A program made the position numbers and the translations under genes. The notes beneath the pieces were generated by a model. It was given only the letters and a program-made list of their open reading frames with translations. It was not told the origin of the DNA and made no database searches. Positions 1 to 10,400 of a stretch of 64,000 nucleotides of DNA are shown here, in pieces; the stretch's first letter is position 1, and each line of letters starts with the position of its first letter. Source of the stretch: an uncultured cyanobacterium (GTDB lineage Bacteria > Cyanobacteriota > Cyanobacteriia > Cyanobacteriales > Cyanobacteriaceae); assembly GCA_963749915.1 (NCBI GenBank), contig CAVVOP010000021.1, positions 1 through 64,000 of the forward strand, given 5' to 3'.

Positions 1-16
1 CAGCAATTCCCCTTCA

Positions 17-1138
17 GTGTCCGTTATTATACCGGCTTACAATGCTGAAAAATTCATAGAAAAAACTCTAGGTTCTGTGACTAACCAAACCTATCAAGAT
101 CTAGAAATTATTGTTATTGATGATGGGTCTCAAGATCAGACGGCAGAAATTGTCAAAAAAATGGCAAAGCAAGACTCTCGAATTAGCCTATTACAGCAGA
201 TTAATTCTGGAGTTGCAGCAGCTCGCAATTTAGGCATTGAAAAAGCCCAAGGAGAATTTATTGCCCCCATTGATGCCGACGATCTTTGGTGTGTCGACAA
301 TTTGCAAAAACAAGTACAATGTCTCTTAAACTCAGATCCTTCCGTAGGACTTACTTATGCTTGGTCAGTAGATATTGATGAAAATGACATTCCTAGGGGA
401 GAATTTCGTGCCTCTACCATCGAAGGAAAAGTCTATACGATACTTTTATTACATGATTTCATTGCCAATGCTAGTTCAACCTTAATTCGTCGCAGTGTTT
501 TTGAAAAGGTTGGAGTTTATAGTTCTTATTTAAAATCCCAAGATGCACAAGGGGGAGAAGATTTGGAACTTTATCTGCGTATTGCTGAAGCTTATGAATT
601 TCGGGTCATTCGTGAATTTCTTGTCGGTTATCGCAAACTATCTAATAGTATGTCTAGTAATTATGAAACCATGGCTAAATCTCGTTTGGTAATTTGGCAA
701 TCAGTTTTTGCTAATTATCCTAGGATCCCTAAAGTAATTTATCGGCTGTCCATGAGTAGTTTTTATATGTATTTAGCCCGTCAAAGTAGTCTATACGGAA
801 GGCATCAAAAGACTCTTTTTTGGTTGTATAAAGCTTTAAAATCAGATTTGATTACGCCTTATTTAAGACTGGGATTATATACCTTATTTATCAAAAGCTG
901 CTTTTATTTAATTGTTGAAAAAGCAACTGAAGAAAGAGGATTAGAAAGAAATTTTTTAAGCCAATTAGCATCAAAAAACCAATCTAGTGCTGCGTCTATT
1001 AAATTTGTTGACCTTAAAATATCTACTATTAATAAAAAAGGGATTAAAAGTTGGGCAGAAAAGATTTTAGCTCAACTAATACCTCTGATATTTGGTACGC
1101 CTAATCAGTGGAAACAATCGGAGGATATTATACTATGA
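17..1138 (+). CDS. GT2-family glycosyltransferase (true start probably upstream of the window)
   Basis: SVIIPAYNAE, DDGSQD, AARNLG, DADD and EDLEL motifs. Confidence 0.9.
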   Translation: MSVIIPAYNAEKFIEKTLGSVTNQTYQDLEIIVIDDGSQDQTAEIVKKMAKQDSRISLLQQINSGVAAARNLGIEKAQGEFIAPIDADDLWCVDNLQKQVQCLLNSDPSVGLTYAWSVDIDENDIPRGEFRASTIEGKVYTILLLHDFIANASSTLIRRSVFEKVGVYSSYLKSQDAQGGEDLELYLRIAEAYEFRVIREFLVGYRKLSNSMSSNYETMAKSRLVIWQSVFANYPRIPKVIYRLSMSSFYMYLARQSSLYGRHQKTLFWLYKALKSDLITPYLRLGLYTLFIKSCFYLIVEKATEERGLERNFLSQLASKNQSSAASIKFVDLKISTINKKGIKSWAEKILAQLIPLIFGTPNQWKQSEDIIL

Positions 1139-2256
1139 TTAACTCTGATAATTCCCTTCAAACTCCCTTGGTTTCAGTGATTATCCCCGCTTATAATGCT
1201 GAGGTATTTATTCAAAAAACCTTAAACTCTGTCCTCACTCAAACCTATGTTTTTTTTGAAATTGTAATTGTAGATGATGGTTCTCAAGATACAACAGCTG
1301 AAATTGTGGAAGAAACAGCTCAAAAAGATAGCCGTGTTAGTCTATTACAACAAAAAAATGCTGGCGTTGCTGCGGCCAGAAATTTAGGAATTAAAAAATC
1401 AAAAGGAGACTTAATTGCCCTCCTTGATGCAGACGATATTTGGTATCCTCAATATCTGGAAAAATCAGTGCAAATTTTACTTAACTCAGACCCCTCTGTT
1501 GGGGTTGCTTATGCTTGGTCAATTGATATTGATGAGGAAGATCATTTAAAAGGCGGATTCCATGTCTATGATTATGAAGGAGATGTTTTGCTTCGACTAC
1601 TCCATCGTAATTTTGTTGGTAATGCCAGTGCCACAGTTATCCGCCGTCAGTGCTTTGATAAAGTGGGATATTACAACGAAAATTTAAGATCTCAAAATGC
1701 CCAAGGCTGTGAAGATTGGGACTTATATCTAAGAATCTCCGAATTCTATCAGTTTCGAGTCGTCCCAGAATTTTTAGTGGGTTATCGTCAGGTTTCAATT
1801 AGTATGTCTAGAAACTACGAGGTAATGGCTAAATCCCAGAAGTTAGTCTTAGAATATGCTCAAAAAAGACGTCCAGAAATCCCTGAATCAATTTGTAAAT
1901 GGTCAATGAGTAATTTTTATGTTTATTTAGCTCACCAAAACACTTACTATCATCAATATAAGGAGGCTTTATCATGGCTTTATCAAGCTCTACTGTTAGA
2001 CCCAACTATGGTATTAATACGTCATGACTTATATTTATTAGTGTTGCTCAATCTAGTTCAATTACTCATAACTCCTAGGAAAAGATTTAAAAATACTAAA
2101 CAGCCTAATTTTAATCTACCATCTCCTAGGAGAGAAATCACCATAAAGGATATCAAGATTCTTGTTACAATCCACAAATGGCTACCTTCTAGGTTATATG
2201 AGAGAATTCGCTTAAAAAAAGTTATCTTTGGGTTATCCAGATCATACAATTATTGA
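1135..2256 (+). CDS. GT2-family glycosyltransferase, tandem paralog of the upstream gene
   Basis: VSVIIPAYNAE, DDGS, DADD and EDWDL motifs. Shares LLNSDPSVG..YAWS with the upstream ORF. ATG at 1135 overlaps the upstream TGA (track start is 1108). Confidence 0.9.
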   Translation: MINSDNSLQTPLVSVIIPAYNAEVFIQKTLNSVLTQTYVFFEIVIVDDGSQDTTAEIVEETAQKDSRVSLLQQKNAGVAAARNLGIKKSKGDLIALLDADDIWYPQYLEKSVQILLNSDPSVGVAYAWSIDIDEEDHLKGGFHVYDYEGDVLLRLLHRNFVGNASATVIRRQCFDKVGYYNENLRSQNAQGCEDWDLYLRISEFYQFRVVPEFLVGYRQVSISMSRNYEVMAKSQKLVLEYAQKRRPEIPESICKWSMSNFYVYLAHQNTYYHQYKEALSWLYQALLLDPTMVLIRHDLYLLVLLNLVQLLITPRKRFKNTKQPNFNLPSPRREITIKDIKILVTIHKWLPSRLYERIRLKKVIFGLSRSYNY

Positions 2257-2336
2257 AAGTCAATGTTAATTTTATCTACCTGATGTTACGCACTCATGTG
2301 TTAGGTTTTAGTTGTCAGGTTTTAGGTTTTCTGAAA

Positions 2337-2408
2337 ATGATTGAAGTAAAAAGTTATCGAGATTTGAAAGTTTGGCAAAAATCAATAGACATCTCCAAAA
2401 ATTTATGA
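2337..2408 (+). pseudogene. N-terminal fragment of a four-helix-bundle (S23/bAvd-like) protein
   Basis: Manual translation MIEVKSYRDLKVWQKSIDISKNL*. SYRDLKVWQKS is the family's N-terminal signature. Confidence 0.65.
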
Positions 2409-2447
2409 TTCTTTCATTATAAGCATTTGAAACCTTTTTACTCCTAG

Positions 2448-2526
2448 GGCGATCGCACAGTGCCACTTCGTGTGCCGCTTCGCGGCTCGCGCCGGAGGCA
2501 AGGCTTCGCCGACCTCTTCGAGATCG
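2448..2526. repeat. GC-rich, HIP1-associated short dispersed repeat cluster
   Basis: GCGATCGC followed by GTGCCACTTCGTG, GCCGCTTCGCGGC and GGCTTCGCC mini-hairpins in an AT-rich intergenic region. Confidence 0.45.
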
Positions 2527-2557
2527 TCAAAAGTCCAGTTTTTACCCGTTCAGAGTA

Positions 2558-2600
2558 TAAAGATTATGTAAAGTTTTGGCATTTTTAAAGATTATGTAAA
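2558..2600. promoter_or_regulatory. 15-bp direct repeat TAAAGATTATGTAAA x2 upstream of the large GT gene
   Basis: Identical copies at 2558-2572 and 2586-2600. Confidence 0.4.
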
Positions 2601-2815
2601 ATACAAAAAAAACCTAGTCATTTTCAAAAAAACTCTCTACACTCAGAAGGAAAGGGGATAGACAAACCTCAAACTGTTTGCCTTCAACGACTCAAACCTT
2701 TACCCGATAATTAAGAAATAATTTCTTGCTCAAAAAAAATTTGCTAGAATCGACTGTTAATTATCCAGTAAACCGAACCAATTTAACTCACTTATCCATT
2801 GATAACCATAATCTA

Positions 2816-5497
2816 ATGCTTTGTCCAATCAAGGTTACAGATATTGAACTAAGCCATGCCCTCAAAGATATCGAAGGGTTGGAAGGCTACATGAAACTTC
2901 AAGCACTCGTAAGATTACACGGAGTTCCTATTGGCTATGTTCAAGCACCGATTACCAATGGCTACTGTACTGCAGAAGCACTCGGTAAACTTATTTTAGA
3001 ACAGCATAATAGGAAGATTATCCAAACTTTACTGCAAAATGGCTTAGCTTCTCCTCCCAAACCAGAAGGTTTGCGTCTAGAGAATTTATTTGATGTCCCT
3101 CCTCCTGATATTCAGGGAGAATTACCATTAGTAACTGTAGCAGTTTGTACCAGAGATAGAGCATCAGATTTGGCCATTTGTCTAGAAGCACTAATCCATC
3201 TTGATTATCCAAAATTAGATATTTTGATAATAGATAATGCACCTACCAGTGAAGCCACTAAAGAATTAGTCAGTCAATATCCCCAAGTGCGCTACACTTG
3301 CGAACCGAGGCCAGGTTTAGATTGGGCAAGAAACCGAGCGATTATTGAGGCAAAAGGCGATATTATTGCCTACACAGACGATGATGTAGTGGTTGATTCC
3401 GGGTGGGTCAAGGCATTAGCGAAAGTCTTTGCCGAAAATCCCGAAGTGATGGCAGTGACAGGGTTAGTAGTGCCTTACGAATTGGAAACGGAAGCACAAG
3501 TATTGTTTGAACTTTATGGCGGTTTTGGCAGGGGATTTGAGCCAAAATGGTATCGGGTTGAAAAAGGGCAAAAAGTTCCTTGGCGATTGTTAGGTGCAGG
3601 ACAATTTGGAACAGGAGCAAACATGGCTTATCGTCGCTGTGTTTTTGAGGAAATTGGCTATTTTGATCCCGCGTTAGATGTGGGGACCGTTACCAATGGG
3701 GGTGGGGACTTAGAAATGTTTTTCCGCGTTTTAAAGGAGGGAAAAACTCTCGTTTATGAACCTAAGGCAATGGTTCGCCATCGCCATCGCAGGGAATATG
3801 AAAAATTAAAAACCCAAATTACTAATAATGGGAGTCTCTACTCTTACTTTATTTGTGGCACGATGGCTTACCCCGATCAACTTTTTCCCTTCCTGCGGTT
3901 AGGAATTTGGTGGTTATTCTCTTGGAATCTTCGTCGCCTCTTAATCTCTTTTCTCCATCCGACTAACTTTCCTAGAGAATTAATTTGGGCAGAACTCAAG
4001 GGTGGATTTATCAGTTTAACTCGCTACCAACAAGCTTGTAGAAAGTCCCGTGAGATTGCCCAATCCTTTACAGAAGGGACAATTCCTCTCGAGCAAATTC
4101 GACCCCTTTTTTCTGAAACAAACCAGAAAGCAAAAGGGCAATCCCCGGGCAATCTAGCCATTGGTGTGCGAACGATTGAAATTACTCAACCCATAAAAGC
4201 GTTAACTGACGTGAACAATTATGCTCAAGTAAGAATCTTTCTAACTTGGAAAAATCAATCTTTAGGAAGCATAGATATCAGCAATAATTTTCAAATTATC
4301 GGTAGAAGTCGTTTAATTGAGGCAATTGTCAATGAGTTAAACCTAAAATTACTAGCCCTCGACGATAATTTTAACCCAGATACAGTTTGGGCCATCGCTC
4401 TTTCTTCCCTAAATAAGCAATATCGGACCACTCAATCCAGGAAAACTTCATCAGGATTATCCCCAGAAGTATCTGTTTCCCTTGTCCTGGCCACCTATGA
4501 CCGGCCAGAGGATTTGCGAAACTGCTTAGACTGCTTGATGAAGCAGAATTCACCCCGAAAGGTTGAAATTATCGTCGTCGATAATAACCCGAAATCAGAA
4601 CTAACCCCGCCAGTGGTAGCGGAATTTCCGGGAGTCGTGTTAGTGCAGGAACTCCGTCAAGGACTTGCTTATGCCCGCAATGCTGGCATTGTTGCCAGTA
4701 CAGGTGAGATTATTGTGGCTACCGATGATGATGTGAGTATGTCACCAGACTGGCTCGAAAAACTGGTAGCCCCTTTTGCTCGCAACGATGTCATGATTGT
4801 TACGGGTCATGTTTTGCCCCTGGAGTTAGAAACTGAGTCTCAACAGTCCTTTGAAAATTATGGTGGCTTAGGGCGGGGTTTTGAGCCTTTTGAAGTCAAT
4901 GGTGACTGGCTGGAGCTATTTCCCCATAAGCCTTCTCCCACTTGGGGCTTGGGAGCAACTGCTAACGCTGCTTTTCGAGCAACCATCTTCAGTCATCCTG
5001 GTATTGGTTTGATGGAAGAAGCGTTAGGTCCGGGAATGCCATCAGGTGTTGGGGAAGATACTTATGTCTTCTATAAAGTCCTAAAAATGGGTTATACCCT
5101 AGTTTATGAACCAAAGGCTTATGTTTGGCACAAGCATCGTCGAGACATAGCCGCCTTGAAAAAACAGCTTTACAACTACAGTAAAGGTCATGTGTCTTAC
5201 AATTTAACCACTTGGTTGCAAGATCACGATTGGCGTGGATTGCTACAAGTTTTACTAGGTTTGCCTATGGCTCACTATTATCGAATTAAAGAGCGATTGC
5301 TAAGGAGAAGTGAATATCCTATTTCTCTAATCTTATTAGAAATTGCGGGTAATTTAGCCGGTCCTTGGTCTTTGTGGCAATCACGGCTACGGGTTAAGAG
5401 AGAAGGCCATAGTAGCCCCTATATTCCTGTTTCCCAACGTTCCCCAGAGCCTATTGTTAAGGAGGAGGAGACAGCAAAATTGGCCGTAAGTCCTTAA
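2816..5497 (+). CDS. Two-domain GT2 glycosyltransferase
   Basis: Two GT-A domains (VAVCTRDR..YTDDD..GGGD and LVLATYDR..ATDDD..GED). ATG 2816 preferred over the track's TTG 2726. Confidence 0.9.
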   Translation: MLCPIKVTDIELSHALKDIEGLEGYMKLQALVRLHGVPIGYVQAPITNGYCTAEALGKLILEQHNRKIIQTLLQNGLASPPKPEGLRLENLFDVPPPDIQGELPLVTVAVCTRDRASDLAICLEALIHLDYPKLDILIIDNAPTSEATKELVSQYPQVRYTCEPRPGLDWARNRAIIEAKGDIIAYTDDDVVVDSGWVKALAKVFAENPEVMAVTGLVVPYELETEAQVLFELYGGFGRGFEPKWYRVEKGQKVPWRLLGAGQFGTGANMAYRRCVFEEIGYFDPALDVGTVTNGGGDLEMFFRVLKEGKTLVYEPKAMVRHRHRREYEKLKTQITNNGSLYSYFICGTMAYPDQLFPFLRLGIWWLFSWNLRRLLISFLHPTNFPRELIWAELKGGFISLTRYQQACRKSREIAQSFTEGTIPLEQIRPLFSETNQKAKGQSPGNLAIGVRTIEITQPIKALTDVNNYAQVRIFLTWKNQSLGSIDISNNFQIIGRSRLIEAIVNELNLKLLALDDNFNPDTVWAIALSSLNKQYRTTQSRKTSSGLSPEVSVSLVLATYDRPEDLRNCLDCLMKQNSPRKVEIIVVDNNPKSELTPPVVAEFPGVVLVQELRQGLAYARNAGIVASTGEIIVATDDDVSMSPDWLEKLVAPFARNDVMIVTGHVLPLELETESQQSFENYGGLGRGFEPFEVNGDWLELFPHKPSPTWGLGATANAAFRATIFSHPGIGLMEEALGPGMPSGVGEDTYVFYKVLKMGYTLVYEPKAYVWHKHRRDIAALKKQLYNYSKGHVSYNLTTWLQDHDWRGLLQVLLGLPMAHYYRIKERLLRRSEYPISLILLEIAGNLAGPWSLWQSRLRVKREGHSSPYIPVSQRSPEPIVKEEETAKLAVSP

Positions 5498-5501
5498 AAC
5501 A

Positions 5502-5849
5502 ATGATGCCTGATGATTTACCCTTAGATCCTTTTTTAGATCAGCTATGCGGAGGTTATACTTCAGAAGAAATTACTGAAATTAAGCAGTATCTAGTTGAG
5601 TGGGATGCTTCTACTTATATCAGCGTATCTCAAAATATTTTGGATCATGCTTTACGCAAACAAGTTGAACTTTTGAAATATCTCCGAAAGGCTCATAATT
5701 TCAACAAAAAGGGGGCAACTAGAGTACCAAAAACTGGATATCGCCGAGATGGATCAGCCGTATATAGAAAAGGCAATGAATATTTAATTGTCAGACCAGA
5801 TAAATTTGGAACTGAGAAAATTGTTACTTATGGAGTGAATGATGACTAA
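5502..5849 (+). CDS. Small hypothetical protein, possible RNase-type toxin
   Basis: 115 aa. Pattern LDHALRK..YLRKAHNF..VYRKG..KIVTYG resembles BECR-fold toxin RNase domains. Confidence 0.5.
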   Translation: MMPDDLPLDPFLDQLCGGYTSEEITEIKQYLVEWDASTYISVSQNILDHALRKQVELLKYLRKAHNFNKKGATRVPKTGYRRDGSAVYRKGNEYLIVRPDKFGTEKIVTYGVNDD

Positions 5850-6249
5850 AGCAACATTAAATCTTCAAAGATATCAACTAACGAGAAACTCGATTAGTTA
5901 TTTATTAGAACAGTTAATTCTTGATTATCAAAAAACAAAACAAGAGAGACAAGAAATTGCTGTAAAATTTCCGGCTTCCGATGAAGAATTTACTGTTTTA
6001 GAAGAAATCGAACTGTTAACAGTAAATCTTCGAGGTTATGCCAGCCAAATTCAAGCTAGAGGATGGATTGACAATGAAAAAGAAACTATTGAAAGCTTAC
6101 AATCCATGCAGATTTTAGCAATAGCTTCTATTGCTAAATTATACTTTGAAACCAAGGAGGAATATCCAAAAATTAAAGCTTATCTTCAAAAACTGGACTA
6201 CTTACGACTGCTCATTCTGGAATGTCTGAGGAGCTTGCAAGATGATTAA
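5839..6249 (+). CDS. Helical hypothetical protein, possible antitoxin or immunity partner
   Basis: 136 aa, helical-looking, overlaps the upstream ORF by 11 bp. Confidence 0.5.
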   Translation: MMTKATLNLQRYQLTRNSISYLLEQLILDYQKTKQERQEIAVKFPASDEEFTVLEEIELLTVNLRGYASQIQARGWIDNEKETIESLQSMQILAIASIAKLYFETKEEYPKIKAYLQKLDYLRLLILECLRSLQDD

Positions 6250-6322
6250 TCATAGTCCTCACTTCAGCTTCGCTCAGTAAAAGCATTCAATCATTAAAAT
6301 CATCGTTAAGACTTCTTATCTT

Positions 6323-7132
6323 ATGTCTTTATCATCTAATGTCAGAGAAAAACGACTAAAACCTCCCAAGTGGCGATTACCTTACTTGTATGATTTGCTG
6401 CGAGAATTAGTCTCGCGGGACATGAAGTTATTGTATAAGCGTTCTTTTTTAGGGATCGCTTGGACCCTGATCAATCCCCTGCTACAACTGGCTGTTTTCG
6501 CCTTTGTTTTTCAGACGGTCATCCCGGTTAATATTCCTGAGTATTCCTCCTATGTCTTTGCGGGGTTATTGGTGTGGAACTGGTTTCAAAATTCTCTATT
6601 TCAGGCAACAGGCGTGATTGTTAGTAGTCGTTGCTTGATTCGTCAGCCAGGTTTTCCAGTGGCGATTTTACCGATTGTTATTGTGACAACAGGATTAGTT
6701 CACTTTGTTCTGGCCTTACCTGTACTGATTGTTTTTTTACTCATCGATGGAATAAAGTTACAACCTGTGATTTTTTTCCTGCCTATCTTACAACTATTAC
6801 AATTTGTCTTAACAGTTAGCTTATCTTACTTTCTGGCGGCAATGAATGTAACGTTTCGAGATACACAACATACCTTAGGAGTTTTGCTACAACTATTTTT
6901 CTATCTCACTCCAATTTTTTACGATCTGAAAAATATTCCCGAAGAATACTGGTATGTCTATGGTCTTAATCCGATGGTGCATATTGTAACTGCCTACCGA
7001 GCAATTTTGCTTTGGGGAATTCAACCGGATTGGTTAGCCCTTGCTATTATTGCTGCGATCACAGCCGGACTTTTGCCCATAGGTTATTCCCTGTTTAAGC
7101 GACAAAGTCTCCGCTTTGTGGAGGAACTCTGA
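6323..7132 (+). CDS. wzm: ABC-2 polysaccharide exporter permease
   Basis: RDMKLLYKRSFLGIAWTLINPL, FYLTPIFY and LNPM motifs, about 6 TM segments. Confidence 0.92.
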   Translation: MSLSSNVREKRLKPPKWRLPYLYDLLRELVSRDMKLLYKRSFLGIAWTLINPLLQLAVFAFVFQTVIPVNIPEYSSYVFAGLLVWNWFQNSLFQATGVIVSSRCLIRQPGFPVAILPIVIVTTGLVHFVLALPVLIVFLLIDGIKLQPVIFFLPILQLLQFVLTVSLSYFLAAMNVTFRDTQHTLGVLLQLFFYLTPIFYDLKNIPEEYWYVYGLNPMVHIVTAYRAILLWGIQPDWLALAIIAAITAGLLPIGYSLFKRQSLRFVEEL

Positions 7133-7264
7133 TGGAAAGTCTAAAATTACGGTCTTATCTTGGGATAGATGGAATGTTATAGATAGTCATACCAACCCAA
7201 TTTGAAAATTTCGTAAAAAACCTACCTCTGTGAGCCTGTTCCGGGTGAGCAAAAAAATAGGTGG

Positions 7265-7390
7265 GATTCAGAAAATGCTTTAAGTAAAGTCTCATTATCT
7301 AAATTTGAAAACATGATAGAAGAAAATGAAAGAATTATCAAGATATTAATAAGTTCAATTAATAAATTAAAAGAAAAAGAATCTAGTTGA
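7265..7390 (+). pseudogene. C-terminal fragment of a four-helix-bundle protein
   Basis: Frame reads ..SKFENMIEENERIIKILISSINKLKEKESS* with no proper start, followed by heptamer repeats. Confidence 0.5.
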
Positions 7391-7396
7391 ATCTTA

Positions 7397-7427
7397 ACTC
7401 ATTACTCATTACTCATTACTCATTACT
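7397..7427. repeat. STRR-type heptamer tandem repeat (ACTCATT)x4
   Basis: Direct reading. Confidence 0.85.
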
Positions 7428-7490
7428 TCAAAACCAAGTATATAATTCCCACCCAAAATTTCGTTCACCCGCCTGTTCCCCCCTCAAATT

Positions 7491-10400
7491 ATGAATGTAT
7501 CAGTAATTATTCCCGCCTACAATGCAGCCCAAACTTTAGAAGAGACCATCAAATCTCTGCAAGCCCAAACCTTGCCCCATTGGGAAGCCATTATCATTGA
7601 TGATGGTTCAAGGGATGAAACAGCAGAAATCGCCAATAAATTAGCATTAGAAGACTCACGCCTTCGTGTTATTACTCAAGCTAATGGCGGGGTTTGTGCT
7701 GCCCGAAATCGAGGCATTGCAGAAGCAGATTTTGACTGGTTACTCTTCCTCGATGCTGATGATTGGATTGCTCCTCAATACCTAGAAAAAATGACTGGTG
7801 CGATCGCGGCTGATCCTAATCTGGATGCAGTTCACTGTGGTTGGACTCGCGTGGCTCTCGACGGGACTTCTATGGGGGAAAAATACGCTCCGAACGTAAC
7901 GGATTTATTTCCCCAATTAGCACGTCATTGTCCCTTTGCTATCCACGCTTGTATCATTCGTAAAGCTTTAGTAAAAGCAGCAGGGGGATTCGATCTGTCT
8001 TTTCCTATTTGCGAAGACTGGGATCTCTGGCAGAGAATCGCTCGCACAGGGGTTCGTTTTGGAGCGTTACAAGAAGTCTTGGCATTTTATCGAATGCGTC
8101 CCAAATCTTTATCGAGGGATGCTCAGCAATTTTTTATAGATGCTATACGGGTGTTAGAACGGGGACATTCTGCCGATCCGAGAGTCCTCAATCCTGATCC
8201 TCACTATACTCAAGGACAACCTAAAGCAGAACTCCCATCCTTGAAATTCTCCCTCTCAAGTTGGTTAGCAGGTTTATTTTTGGGAGAGGGAAAAGATGCT
8301 AGACATCTACTGGATAAGCTTAAAAATGAGAAAGCACCTGATTTAGATCCCTATCTGATTGCTAACAATTTGTTTGAATCTATCCCTTTACCAAGCTGTC
8401 AATCTTTGGAACAGTGGTACACCCTCTGGCCAAAAGTTGAAGGGGTTCTTCAAGATTTTCTCACCGCTTTAGAAATTCAATCTCAAGGGTTTGGCTTATC
8501 TAGGCGAACCCTTAAAATTTTAGAGATTCTTATTTTAGAAAAAACTCAAATCCTTAATTTTCTCCAGATTGGTACAACCTATGGGGTTAGTGTAGAAATA
8601 ACAGAACCTATCCTCGATATTTTCGCTCCCGAAAACAGCGATCGCCTTTACTGTCAAATCACCTTAGAAGAAACAGAGTTAGGCAGGTTAGAATTGCCTG
8701 TTATTGATGGAAAAGTGACAGCTTGGGTACTAAAAGATGCGATCGCGACTCAATTTTCCTGGCCAATCTTGGGTAAATTCTTTGAATATACTCTCTACAC
8801 TCCTGAACAGGTAAAAGAACATAATAGTCTAGGTTGGACAGTCTTTTTACAACAAATTTGGGGTAAACCTGATTGGGAGGGAGGAGACTTTTATAATGCC
8901 AATTTTGCCGAAGCAGAGGTAACGGTAAAATCCTTAGACAATGCTAATCCTTTAATGATCGAAGTGAGTGGGGAGTTATTTGATATTGCTGTCAATGTGC
9001 CAGAAATAGATATTATTTTAACCGTTGGTGGTGTAGCAATTGGCACATTTTCTCTACCTGTTGAAAATAATTTAATTACAGCCCAATCTTTGCGAGTAGC
9101 TTTAACCATAGAAACTGGTTTAGAATTATGTCGAGTTTGTGTCCGAGAAGCCTTAATTGGTCAATCTTTAGAAGATGCTACTCCATTGCGATGGCGTTTA
9201 GCTAAATTGGTTCAACATCAAGCTTCCCAGGGATTAATTTACAGTCAATCGAGTTTAAGTACCAGTAATCTTTGGTGTGCCCAAAGTGTTATTTTAGGTC
9301 GTCAATGGGGAACAATTAATAGTACTATTTCCCGACGGGTAATGTTTCCCAAAACAACGGCTACTGAATTAATTAGAATGGCACAAGTTACCCAAACACC
9401 ACTAATACAAATTCCCCCACCAGGAGAGTTTGTTAAACAGATAATTTATGCTCCTGATGTCATAGGGAATTACTCTAAATCTATTGTGCAAACGGCCGTT
9501 AGTGTCCCGGCCAATCTGCCCCAAAACTTTTACAATCGAGAACACTTTGAAACCCTCTTTTCAAGTAAAGCAGATCCTTGGAAATATACCAGTCCTTACG
9601 AACAAGTCAAATATGAACAAACTCTCTCCTTATTGCCGAAAAAGCGGATCGAAAAAGCCTTAGAATTAGCCTGTGCCGAAGGACATTTTACGGCTCAACT
9701 TGCTCCCCTCGTTGAGGATTTAATTGCGGCCGATATTTCTCAAGTTGCCCTGGAAAGAACGGCTCAACGTTGTGCAAAATTCAATCATATTAAATATCAA
9801 CAAATTGATTTAGTCAAAGATCCTTTACCTGGTCAATTTGACTTGGTTGTATGTAGTGAAGTTCTCTACTATGTTGGCAGTTTGAAAAACCTGCAAGCTG
9901 TCAGCCAAAAAATTGCTGATGCTTTAGAACCTGGTGGCTATATTTTGATAGCACACGCCAATCAAATCATTGATGAACCAGACAAACCCGGTTTTGATTG
10001 GGGATTAGCTTTTGGGGCGAAGGTTATCGGTGAAACCTTTGCTAGTTTGCCATCCTTGCATTTAGCTAAGGCCATTCAAACCCCCCTCTATCGGGTGCAG
10101 TTATTCCGCCGCTATCCCAAAATTCGTCTCCCCTGGCAGCGATTTCAACCCCAGATTACTGTCTTAGAAGAACAACCGACTGCCCTACCTCCAGAAGTAG
10201 AAGCCCATGTCAAGTGGGAGGGAGGACAACCTTCCCAATGGGGTGAATTAGAAACCATTTTAACGGAAACATTACCCATCCTAATGTATCATCGAGTTGC
10301 CCCTAGTGGCTCAGAAAAAATGAGGACTTATCGAGTTACTCCCGAAGCTTTTGAGGAACAGTTGTGCTATCTCAAAGATGGGGGTTTTTATAGTGTTTCT

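Noticed and set aside
2337..7390. Diversity-generating retroelement suggested by bAvd-like fragments
   Set aside because: No reverse transcriptase and no template/variable repeat pair seen in the window.
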